The notes below the pieces were generated by a model that did not search any database, was not told the DNA's origin, and worked only from the letters and a program-made list of their open reading frames with translations. A program made the translations under genes and the position numbers. Positions 47,540 through 55,541 of a stretch of DNA of 55,541 nt are shown here, one piece after another. Location of the stretch: positions 1-55,541 of the forward strand of contig JAZNOR010000080.1 of the NCBI GenBank assembly GCA_045589235.1, read 5' to 3'. How positions within the stretch are numbered: position 1 is the first letter of the stretch; the number at the start of each line of letters is the position of its first letter. The DNA comes from Eubacteriales bacterium. Its GTDB lineage: Bacteria; Bacillota; Clostridia; Oscillospirales; JAAYXM01.

Positions 47540-49279
47540 ATGGCACTTGATGCACTGTTTTTGTCACATCTTGCAAATGAATTGAATAGCGTACTAAGTG
47601 CCGCTCGTATTGATAAAATTCATCAGCCTGAGCGTGATGAAATAATTATGAATTTGCGTGCGCCTAGCGGAAATATACGTTTGCTTCTATCGGCCGGTTC
47701 CAGTTATCCGCGCGTTAACTTAACTGAAAAAACACGCGAAAATCCGCAAACACCACCAATGTTCTGTATGCTGCTTCGCAAGTATTTTGCAGGTGGTAGG
47801 ATTGTTTCCGTAACCCAACCACGTCTTGAACGAATTATCGACATCACAGTTGAAGGTAATGACGAAATGGGCATCTTAACCCGAAAAACAGTTACAATTG
47901 AGCTTATGGGCAGATACTCAAATATCGTCCTGCGCGACGGGGAAGACAGGGTTTTAGATTGCTTAAAGAGAATTGACTTGGAAATGAGCGAAAAGCGCCA
48001 GGTGCTTCCGGGCCTTTTTTATGAATTACCGCCAGCGCAGGATAAGGTGGATGCACGAGATTTAAGCCGTGCGCAAATTTTGGATATGCTTATTGAGGAA
48101 GAAAAAGACATTTCAGCTGATAAGTGGGTAATATCAAACTTTCTCGGCTTTTCACCGCTTACCGCGCGTGAGGCATCATATCGTGCAAGCGGCTTTGTGG
48201 ATTCTCACTTAAATGAACTTACTTTAGACGAAAAAGAACGCCTTGCAGCCGCGGTTTACGATATTGCAAGCGGCGAGTGTAAGCCAACGGTTTTATATGA
48301 CGGGACAAAGCCTATTGATTTTTCGTACTGTGATATAACACAGTATGATGGGCATTATAATAAAGAGCGCGTTGAGTCTCTCTCAAAGCTTTTGGAAATC
48401 TATTTTGCAAAGCGCGATTTCGATGAGCGAATGCGCGCACGTTCTGCAAGTATTATAAAGACGGTTAAAAATGCAGTTTCGCGTGTTGAGCGAAAATTAT
48501 GGACGCAGAAAAGCGAAGTACAGGATGCTAAGATGCGCGAGAAGTATCGCGAGTGGGGTGATATAATCACCGCTAATATCTATCGCTTAACCAAGGGTGA
48601 CACGAAGCTTATTGCGCAGAATTTCTTTTCGGAAAACGCCGAGGAAATTGAAATTCCGCTTGATGTGCGTCTGACTCCGCAGCAGAATGCGGCTAAGTAT
48701 TATAAAAATTACCATAGAATGAAAAATGCCGAAGCTGTGCTTGCAGTGCAGATTGAAGAGGGTGAACGCGAGCTTGTGTATTTAGAAAGTGTGCTTGAAA
48801 TGCTAAAGCTCTGCGAGAGCGAGGCGGACTTATCTGAGATCCGCGAAGAGCTCTCCGAGGGCGGATACTTAAAGGCGCAGGGGGGAAGAAGAAAAGCGAG
48901 ACCGCTTTCTCCACGTGAATTTGTATCAAGCGACGGGTTTAGAATTTATGCAGGTCGCAATAACAAGCAAAATGATTTATTAACGCTTAAAAGCGCCCTT
49001 AAAGGCGATATCTGGATGCATACGCAAAAGATACCGGGAAGCCATGTGATAGTCGAATGTGCGGGGCGTGACGTGCCTGATACAACACTTACCGAGGCGG
49101 CAACTATCTCGGCATATTATTCAAAGGCGCGCGAGTCGCAAAAAGTGCCGGTTGATTATACCCAAGTTAGAAATGTGAAAAAACCTCCGGGAGCAAAACC
49201 GGGCATGGTTATTTATAATAATTTTAAAACAGCTTTTGTTTCACCGAGTGAGGAAATGATAGAAAAACTTAAAAGATAG
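47540..49279 (+). CDS. rqcH: ribosome quality control protein RqcH (NFACT/FbpA family)
   Basis: MALD, PPMFCMLLRK, LERI, ELMGRYSN, GRNNKQND, HTQKIPGSHV, KKPPGAKPGMVIY. Confidence 0.92.
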   Translation: MALDALFLSHLANELNSVLSAARIDKIHQPERDEIIMNLRAPSGNIRLLLSAGSSYPRVNLTEKTRENPQTPPMFCMLLRKYFAGGRIVSVTQPRLERIIDITVEGNDEMGILTRKTVTIELMGRYSNIVLRDGEDRVLDCLKRIDLEMSEKRQVLPGLFYELPPAQDKVDARDLSRAQILDMLIEEEKDISADKWVISNFLGFSPLTAREASYRASGFVDSHLNELTLDEKERLAAAVYDIASGECKPTVLYDGTKPIDFSYCDITQYDGHYNKERVESLSKLLEIYFAKRDFDERMRARSASIIKTVKNAVSRVERKLWTQKSEVQDAKMREKYREWGDIITANIYRLTKGDTKLIAQNFFSENAEEIEIPLDVRLTPQQNAAKYYKNYHRMKNAEAVLAVQIEEGERELVYLESVLEMLKLCESEADLSEIREELSEGGYLKAQGGRRKARPLSPREFVSSDGFRIYAGRNNKQNDLLTLKSALKGDIWMHTQKIPGSHVIVECAGRDVPDTTLTEAATISAYYSKARESQKVPVDYTQVRNVKKPPGAKPGMVIYNNFKTAFVSPSEEMIEKLKR

Positions 49280-49290
49280 GAGGTGCTTAG

Positions 49291-49701
49291 GTGGTTAATT
49301 TAGAAAAAGTGCGCAAATTTTTTCTTGCTGATAAATTTGCAATGGAAATTGGCATTAAGATTGAAGAAGCTGATGAAGGATATGCAAAATGTACGTTGAC
49401 GCCAAATGAGCACCATTTAAATGCAGGCGGTGCTGTACAGGGTGGGGCAACCTTTACTTTAGCAGATTTTGCTTTTGCTGTTGCATCAAATTGCACAGGG
49501 TCACTCACAGTATCGCTTGAAAACAATATTTCATTTATTGCACCGCCAAAAGGCAAGATAACAGCGATTGCCAAGGTTTGTCGTGAAACAAAAAGCGTTG
49601 CCTTTTGCGATGTTGAGGTTTTTGATGAAACTGAAAAGCTGGTTGCAAAAATGAGTGTCACAGGCTTTAAAAAAGGCGAAATAAAAGAATTAAAACCGTA
49701 A
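49291..49701 (+). CDS. PaaI-family thioesterase
   Basis: HLNAGGAVQGGATFTLADFAFAVASN hotdog motif. Confidence 0.88.
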   Translation: MVNLEKVRKFFLADKFAMEIGIKIEEADEGYAKCTLTPNEHHLNAGGAVQGGATFTLADFAFAVASNCTGSLTVSLENNISFIAPPKGKITAIAKVCRETKSVAFCDVEVFDETEKLVAKMSVTGFKKGEIKELKP

Positions 49702-49704
49702 GAG

Positions 49705-50169
49705 CTAGCTCTTACGGTTTTTGAATATAAATATTAAATTTAAAACTACAGAAACTAAAAATAGAACAGCAACTAACGGATATGTAAAAAAGGTGTCAAA
49801 AACAGAGTTCCATACATCACGCGATAAGAAAATAAACAGACCTGCAATGGCAGAAAAGAATGCGCATACAAGTACAGAAGCTGCAGCAATGTCCTTTATA
49901 TGCATAATTGCATCGCGCCTGTCTTTCGTTACCTCGTTGCAAAGAAACTCAAGCGCGGTATTAAAAAGCTCTGCAGTTAAAACCAAAGCTGCGCAAATGC
50001 ATAAAACACCAATTTGCGCATTTGTAACTTTACCGATTATTGCAAAGAAAACAACATACAAAGTCATTGCAAGGTGAAAACGAAAATTTCTCTCGCTTTT
50101 AGTTACGTACTTTAATCCGTTGTATGCATATCTAAAGCTTTGTAAAAATTTAAAAAAACTATCTTTCAT
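49705..50169 (-). CDS. dgkA: diacylglycerol/undecaprenol kinase family
   Basis: SFRYAYNGL...ERNFRFH, AELFNTALE, IKDIAAASV. Confidence 0.88.
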   Translation of the reverse strand: MKDSFFKFLQSFRYAYNGLKYVTKSERNFRFHLAMTLYVVFFAIIGKVTNAQIGVLCICAALVLTAELFNTALEFLCNEVTKDRRDAIMHIKDIAAASVLVCAFFSAIAGLFIFLSRDVWNSVFDTFFTYPLVAVLFLVSVVLNLIFIFKNRKS

Positions 50170-50666
50170 TGTTCTCTACCTATACCGCAGGTGGATAAAA
50201 CTTCCTCTTGCAGAGCAAAGTGAAGTTTTTCGTCAGCTTCACTTTTTTCGTGATCATACCCGAGAAGATGAAAAGCGGAGTGCGCCGCTAAAAAGCAAAG
50301 CTCGCGTGTGAGCGAATGACCGTATTCTTTTGACTGAGCTTCTGCGCGCGGAACGGATATTACGATGTCACCAAGCATACAAGCGCCTGTATCAGGGTCA
50401 AGTTCAAGAGGAGAAGGTTCAAAGCCTTCGCCCGGTTTAATCTCCTGCATAGGGAAAGAGAGAACATCTGTTGGAGCATCCTTTTCGCGATGCTCACTGT
50501 TTAACTCGCGTATACCATCATCATCGGTGAGCATAACGTAAACATCAAATGGGCAATTGTATCCCTCGTGGTCAATGGAGGCTTCAATAACGCGCTTCAT
50601 TAAATCTTCTGTTTGCTTGTCAACTGTAATGTTTTCCTTTGCGGAAACAATTGATATGTGATGCAT
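50166..50666 (-). CDS. ybeY: rRNA maturation endoribonuclease
   Basis: PTDVLSFP, LGDIVIS, HSAFHLLGYDH. Confidence 0.93.
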   Translation of the reverse strand: MHHISIVSAKENITVDKQTEDLMKRVIEASIDHEGYNCPFDVYVMLTDDDGIRELNSEHREKDAPTDVLSFPMQEIKPGEGFEPSPLELDPDTGACMLGDIVISVPRAEAQSKEYGHSLTRELCFLAAHSAFHLLGYDHEKSEADEKLHFALQEEVLSTCGIGREQ

Positions 50667-51649
50667 TATCTTTTGTTACCCTTCTTTCTGTCTGAATCGT
50701 ATTTGTCATACGCTTCGATAATCCGTGAAACGAGAGCATGACGAACAACATCGCTCGTTGTGAGCATGCACTGGTTTATATCTTCAACATTCTTCAAAAC
50801 GCGCATTGCTTCTTTAAGACCGGATGGTTTTCCGTCAGGCAAGTCAATCTGCGTAATATCGCCTGTAATAACAGCTTTTGAACCGAATCCCAAACGCGTT
50901 AGAAACATTTTCATCTGTTCGGGAGTTGTATTTTGCGCCTCGTCTAAAATTATGAACGAATCATCAAGTGTTCTGCCGCGCATATAAGCAAGAGGTGCAA
51001 CCTCAATTGAACCGCGCTCAAAATATTTCTGATAGCTATCTGCACCGAGCATATCAAAAAGACCATCATAAAGTGGGCGAAGATACGGGTCGACCTTGCT
51101 CTGTAAATCACCGGGCAAGAAACCTAATTTTTCGCCGGCTTCAATTGCTGGGCGTGTTAAAATAATACGGCTGACTTCCTTTTTGCGAAACGCAGCAACA
51201 GCCATTGCAACAGCAAGATAAGTTTTACCGGTACCGGCAGGGCCTACACCCATCGTAATTGTGTTATTCTGGATTGATTCAATGTACTTTTTCTGCCCTA
51301 AGGTTTTAGGCTTAATCGGCTTACCCTTGGTTGTTATGCAGATAATATCACGTGAGAGAGAATCAATTTCTTTTTCTTCGCCTGCGTTGACAAGCCCCAT
51401 AACATAACGAAGACTCTGTTCATTTATAAGCTCACCGCGGGAAGCATAGGTTAAAAGTGCATTTATTGCGCGTTCAGCGCGATCGATTGCATCGTCATCT
51501 CCCGTTATTTTAAGCTCATCTCCGCGATTAACAACGGTTACGTTGAGTTCACGTTCTAAAAGAGCACAGTTTTCGTCATACGAGCCGAATAGGTCAATTA
51601 AATATTCATTGAGTTTAGGTTTAATTATTTTTTCAGCCAAAAAGTTCAC
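50666..51649 (-). CDS. phoH: PhoH-like ATPase
   Basis: GPAGTGKTYLA, RPAIEAGEKLGFLPG, YMRGRTL, DEAQN. Confidence 0.93.
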   Translation of the reverse strand: MNFLAEKIIKPKLNEYLIDLFGSYDENCALLERELNVTVVNRGDELKITGDDDAIDRAERAINALLTYASRGELINEQSLRYVMGLVNAGEEKEIDSLSRDIICITTKGKPIKPKTLGQKKYIESIQNNTITMGVGPAGTGKTYLAVAMAVAAFRKKEVSRIILTRPAIEAGEKLGFLPGDLQSKVDPYLRPLYDGLFDMLGADSYQKYFERGSIEVAPLAYMRGRTLDDSFIILDEAQNTTPEQMKMFLTRLGFGSKAVITGDITQIDLPDGKPSGLKEAMRVLKNVEDINQCMLTTSDVVRHALVSRIIEAYDKYDSDRKKGNKR

Positions 51650-52827
51650 TCGCCTTTCGGTATCATTTGTTCAATTCCGATTTTTCTTTCACATTCTACG
51701 GTAAGATTTGCGCATAGCAGACCGTTAAGTCGAGATAGGGAAGAATCATTTAATTTAAAGGTGTCTTCATCGTTTAGCAAAACATAACTTTCAACTTCAC
51801 TACATGCTTTTTGCAAAAAAATATCGGGTGAATTTAAAACCGCCTGCGTTTCATATTCGATTAAAGTTTGCTTTTCAAGAGCAATTGGTAAAGGAATATT
51901 AAACGGCAGAGTAAGTATTGATCTCTCTATTATTTTATCATACTTTGTATATAAATTACTACCCTTTATATGTAAATTTATTCTGAAATTTCCTAAAATT
52001 AAAGAGTAGCGCGTTTTTTCTTTGTTTGTTTTTAATTTTTTTGCGCCTTTTTCAGGTATAACAACTTTTAAATTGTGCCAGGTTTTAGCTCGAATATCTG
52101 CAACGGCGCGCATTTCTACAATTGTGCCCGTGCGACCGGTCATATATCCGCTGGCTAAAAGTGTTCCGCGCGTTACGGCATCGCCAACGCATACCTCGGG
52201 TGTACCTGAAGTTACCGTGATTTTTGAAATAATCCCATCAGTATCTGAAATAATATTGCTCGGCGTTTTATTGTCTAATATTTCAGGTGCATGTGTGCGT
52301 TCGTGAACTTCAACTTCGGCACGAGTTCCTTTTATATTAACGGTTATATTAACCAGGTCGGGAATAGATAGCAAAATATCGTTTTTCAACTCTGCATGGT
52401 TAATGTTTCTTGAAAATGCTCCGATTTTAACACCGTTATAAGCTAAATGCTCGCGAATTAGGCTCTCGGATACCGCATTGCAACCTGAGATGTCAATTGT
52501 CCAGATAAAAGAAGTAAGTGCAAAAAGAAGTGCGGCAAAAACAAGAAAACTTGAAATTAAAGTAATACGCTTTTTAAAACGCATAGCAAAAAAAGGAAAA
52601 CCTGTTTTTTTAATTATATGTATTTTACACATTGTTCTGCGTGCAATTGGGCGAATTTTCATAAAGTCTGCGGCAGGAATACATAGGGTTAAAGTATCAA
52701 AAGATAACTTGTGTAAATTCCAAAAGGGAATATTTCGTTTCGCAAGTAAATTCAGAAAACGTTCGGGAGTGGGTGAATTTACACGTATTAAAACATAACC
52801 GAGAAAAAAGTTGATAAAATAAATCAA
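51646..52827 (-). CDS. yqfD: sporulation protein YqfD
   Basis: PERFLNL, TM followed by FIWTIDISG, GTPEV...GDAV...LASG; synteny yqfC-yqfD-phoH-ybeY-dgkA. Confidence 0.85.
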   Translation of the reverse strand: MIYFINFFLGYVLIRVNSPTPERFLNLLAKRNIPFWNLHKLSFDTLTLCIPAADFMKIRPIARRTMCKIHIIKKTGFPFFAMRFKKRITLISSFLVFAALLFALTSFIWTIDISGCNAVSESLIREHLAYNGVKIGAFSRNINHAELKNDILLSIPDLVNITVNIKGTRAEVEVHERTHAPEILDNKTPSNIISDTDGIISKITVTSGTPEVCVGDAVTRGTLLASGYMTGRTGTIVEMRAVADIRAKTWHNLKVVIPEKGAKKLKTNKEKTRYSLILGNFRINLHIKGSNLYTKYDKIIERSILTLPFNIPLPIALEKQTLIEYETQAVLNSPDIFLQKACSEVESYVLLNDEDTFKLNDSSLSRLNGLLCANLTVECERKIGIEQMIPKGE

Positions 52828-52839
52828 AAAACTCCCTCC

Positions 52840-53118
52840 TCATATCGGCTTGAAAACCACGGAAATTATATTTCCGTATAGACGGAGACCTAAGTCATTC
52901 ATAGCAGAAATCTTTAAGTTTTCACCCTCTATATGTAGCAGGTGCTTGCCGACATTTACGGAAAGCTGTGTGTCGTCATATTCTAAAATTCCTTTATGAT
53001 TTTCAATTAAAACTTCATTGTTTCCGCAGATTTCAATTCGTGCAATACCGGGGAGTGTATCTTCGGGAATATCAAACATCAAAGCTGCACGCTTTAAAAA
53101 TCCATCGTGTTTAGGCAT
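52840..53118 (-). CDS. yqfC: YabP/YqfC sporulation protein
   Basis: IENHKGILEY...IEGENL...LYGNI; upstream of yqfD. Confidence 0.85.
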   Translation of the reverse strand: MPKHDGFLKRAALMFDIPEDTLPGIARIEICGNNEVLIENHKGILEYDDTQLSVNVGKHLLHIEGENLKISAMNDLGLRLYGNIISVVFKPI

Positions 53119-53163
53119 AATAACACATCCTTTCTTTAAGTATTATTATGCAAAAGCGCGCAA

Positions 53164-53189
53164 AAAAAGACACCCGAGGGTGTCTTTTT
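53164..53189 (-). terminator. intrinsic terminator after pyrB
   Basis: AAAAAGACACCC-GA-GGGTGTCTTTTT. Confidence 0.75.
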
Positions 53190-53190
53190 A

Positions 53191-54246
53191 TTACAAGGCT
53201 TTGTCACAATAGCTGCAGTATTTAACACCGTCAATCTCGTGAACAAGCGGTGGCAGATAAGCTTCTGTTGATGTTATGCAACGAGGATTTTTGCAAGTGC
53301 AACCACCAATCGGCACAGGTTCAGGTTTTTCCGGCTTATGTTTTAACATAGTTGCCAACAGAGCCATGCGCATATACATACCGTTTCGTGCCTGCTCAAA
53401 GTAGAGTGCACGCGGGTCATCGTCAACATCAACTGTGATTTCATCGACACGCGGAAGCGGATGAAGAATGAGCATATTTTCCTTAGCGTCAGCAAGCTTG
53501 TTTCTGGATAATACATAAGCGCTTTTGTGCTTTAAATATTCAGCCTCTGTTGAGAAACGTTCGCGCTGGATTCTTGTCATATAAAGAACATCAACATTCG
53601 GGATAGCATCCTCAAGAGATGTGGTTTCAACATACTGCTGATTATTGACATCCATAAAATGACGCACATAAGACGGAACTCGAAGCTCCTCGGGTGAGAT
53701 GAGGTAGAACTTAACACCGGAATAGCGGGAGAGAGCTTTTATGAGTGAATGAACAGGTCTGCCGTTTTTCAAGTCGCCAACAAGACCGATTGTCAAGTCA
53801 TCAAATTTGCCGAGATGCTTACGGATAGTGCTGAGGTCGGCAAGAGTCTGAGTCGGATGTAGATGTCTGCCGTCACCGGCGTTGATTACAGGAACACGTG
53901 AGTAGAGAGAAGCTGCGCGTGCGGCGCCCTCATATGGGCTTCGCATAACTATGATGTCCGCATAATTTGCCATCATAGCAATCGTGTCTTTGAGTGACTC
54001 ACCTTTGGAAACAGAGGTAGAGCCCGGGTCAGAGAAACCGATTACATTGCCGCCAAGTCTGAACATAGCGGTTTGAAATGAGTTGTTTGTACGTGTGCTC
54101 GGCTCGTAGAAAAGATTAGCAGAAACCTTGCCGCGACACTCATTTATAAAATCCTCGGGTGAGTGCATAATATCCTCGAAAAGGGAATAGAGTGTGTCAA
54201 ATTCCTGCGGTGTAATGTCGACAAAATCAATTAAATTTCGTGTCAT
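53191..54246 (-). CDS. pyrB: aspartate carbamoyltransferase catalytic chain with a fused PyrI-like Zn-binding tail
   Basis: FYEPSTRT, HPTQTLADL, YMTRIQRERF, HPLPRVDE; tail CKNPRCIT...CSYCD; real start MTRNL at 54246 with RBS GAGGAG. Confidence 0.93.
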   Translation of the reverse strand: MTRNLIDFVDITPQEFDTLYSLFEDIMHSPEDFINECRGKVSANLFYEPSTRTNNSFQTAMFRLGGNVIGFSDPGSTSVSKGESLKDTIAMMANYADIIVMRSPYEGAARAASLYSRVPVINAGDGRHLHPTQTLADLSTIRKHLGKFDDLTIGLVGDLKNGRPVHSLIKALSRYSGVKFYLISPEELRVPSYVRHFMDVNNQQYVETTSLEDAIPNVDVLYMTRIQRERFSTEAEYLKHKSAYVLSRNKLADAKENMLILHPLPRVDEITVDVDDDPRALYFEQARNGMYMRMALLATMLKHKPEKPEPVPIGGCTCKNPRCITSTEAYLPPLVHEIDGVKYCSYCDKAL

Positions 54247-54327
54247 AAATAAAGCTCCTCTCACGATATATACTTTAAATATTTTATCATAGATATGAAA
54301 AATAGTAAACACATTTTTCGACGTTTT

Positions 54328-54355
54328 TTTAGTGCACTCATATAAGTGCACTAAA
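54328..54355. promoter_or_regulatory. palindromic operator-like site between pyrB and the XRE gene
   Basis: TTTAGTGCACT-CATATA-AGTGCACTAAA, perfect 11 bp inverted repeat. Confidence 0.55.
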
Positions 54356-54552
54356 TAACGAAAAAATATATATAATTATTATAGTTATACTTATGCAATC
54401 AAAAGTAGGTCATCGAAGACAGCAAAATTGCTGGACAAATCGCAATTGCTTATAAACAAGAACAAAAGCGTACAGATGTGTACTGAAAGAAAAGAATTGA
54501 GAAAGTATAATTATTATAATGATTATAGTTAGTATAAAGCGAGGTTCTCTAT

Positions 54553-54825
54553 ATGGGAAGAGATGTTGAATATAAAAACAGAGATAGGGTTATTCAGCTT
54601 GGAATAGCTATATCGACCTTGCGTAGAATAAGAGGATTATCACAGGAAAAACTTGCGGAAAAAGCTAATATAAGCAGGTCGCTTTTAAGTAACATTGAAG
54701 CTCCGAATATGGCATATAGTTTTTCTTTGGATGTTTTTTATAATATTGCTGATGCTTTAGATATTTCTCCAGAACAATTGATTTCTGCATCGATATTTCC
54801 AGATAAAACAAAAGTTGAGGTGTAG
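54553..54825 (+). CDS. XRE-family HTH regulator
   Basis: LRRIRGLSQEKLAEKANISRSLLSNIE...SLDVFYNIADALDIS. Confidence 0.88.
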   Translation: MGRDVEYKNRDRVIQLGIAISTLRRIRGLSQEKLAEKANISRSLLSNIEAPNMAYSFSLDVFYNIADALDISPEQLISASIFPDKTKVEV

Positions 54826-54896
54826 TAAAATTTTCTATTGCTTTTTGCAAAAAGGTGTAGTATAATAATAACAAACAAATGTACGAGAGGCACGTT

Positions 54897-55373
54897 ATGA
54901 CAGGTAATGTTTGTATGTTCACGGGGCATAGAAAAATCCCGTATGGAAAATTGAATGGAATAAAAAGACTTCTTTTGCGTGAAGTGCAGGCACTTATTTT
55001 AAGCGGAACGGAAGAATTTATAACAGGCGGTGCACTGGGGTTTGATACTATTGCAGCGGAGTGTGTGCTCTATCTGAAAAAACAATTTCCACATATTAAA
55101 TTGAAACTATATCTCCCGTGCCGTGATCAATATAAAAACTGGAATATCTCAAATCGCCAAAAATATGAAAACATATTGAAACATGCAGATGAAGTCAATT
55201 ATGTTTCGGAATTCTATTCTTATAGCTGCATGCATGAGCGAAATCGAAGAATGGTTGAGGCGAGCGATATATGCATCGCTTTTCTTGAAAGGCAAGAGGG
55301 TGGAAGTGCATACACGGTAAATTATGCGAAAGAGGGCGGCTTAACTGTTGTAAATTTAAATGAAATGTTATAA
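54897..55373 (+). CDS. SLOG-family (DUF1273/YspA-like) protein
   Basis: FTGHR, GGALGFD, MHERNRRMVEASD, GGSAYTV. Confidence 0.85.
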   Translation: MTGNVCMFTGHRKIPYGKLNGIKRLLLREVQALILSGTEEFITGGALGFDTIAAECVLYLKKQFPHIKLKLYLPCRDQYKNWNISNRQKYENILKHADEVNYVSEFYSYSCMHERNRRMVEASDICIAFLERQEGGSAYTVNYAKEGGLTVVNLNEML

Positions 55374-55541
55374 AAAAACAGAGTTAGAAAAGCCACAACT
55401 AGATAAGGAAGTATTGGTTTTGCAGCCATATTTTCCGTAAATAGTGCATCAAAAAATGCCGCAATACGCCAGTATTACGGCATTTTTATTCTTTCTCTTA
55501 ACGAAAAATCTGATTTTCAAAACTGTGTTGCACCCTGAAAA
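55371..55541. mobile_element. second copy of the MITE-like element (left half, cut by window end)
   Basis: 55390-55541 equals 1-152 except C11/T55400 and T142/C55531; the left tip CAGAGTTAG (55379) complements CTAACTCTG (277-285). Confidence 0.7.

Noticed and set aside
37887-54351. N-terminal extensions given by the ORF track for fhs, pncB, tepA and pyrB
   Set aside because: They run through promoter or terminator DNA, or through the upstream gene. RBS position and family N-termini support starts at 37950, 41203, 45026 and 54246.
974-54929. Numerous 60-190 aa alternative-frame and antisense ORFs in the track (for example 16875-17438, 31185-31745, 34804-35310, 46180-46653, 46995-47495)
   Set aside because: They overlap well-supported genes almost entirely and have no recognisable motifs, so they are treated as shadow ORFs.
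1-55541. Circular plasmid or phage suggested by the terminal repeat
   Set aside because: The two ends differ at 2 positions, the repeat is part of a self-contained palindromic element, and the content is core chromosomal (tsaBE, ybeY, nadE, rodA) with no rep, integrase or phage genes.

Overview
Chromosomal contig, about 55.5 kb, from a spore-forming Clostridia-type anaerobe (SLH surface proteins, yqfC/yqfD/tepA, sigma-A promoters, AGGAGG-type RBSs); the taxonomy is inferred. It is mostly housekeeping and metabolic: amino-acid transporters (one behind a tandem glycine riboswitch), glnA, an Etf/FAD-dependent 2-hydroxyacid dehydrogenase module, NAD salvage (pncA, nadE, pncB), an lrp-pntA1-pntA2-pntB operon, rodA, fhs-tsaE-tsaB-rpiB-pncB, an EF-G paralogue, trmK-nif3-rqcH, yqfC-yqfD-phoH-ybeY-dgkA and pyrB. 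Main points of interest: (1) PntB carries two tandem, ~95% identical domain III copies, and both replace the NADP(H) 2'-phosphate-binding KRS motif with NFD, so this may be a transhydrogenase-like system with altered nucleotide specificity. (2) A ~300 bp non-coding element with long terminal inverted repeats, folding into a Y shape, lies at both contig ends as a direct repeat with 2 mismatches. (3) A start-less C-terminal relic of an SLH paralogue is hidden in the apparent 5' UTR of the first gene. (4) An SDR gene is broken by one in-frame TAA. (5) A ~24 bp motif is shared by the lrp-pnt and EF-G2 promoters. No rRNA, tRNA, CRISPR array, integrase or transposase was seen.
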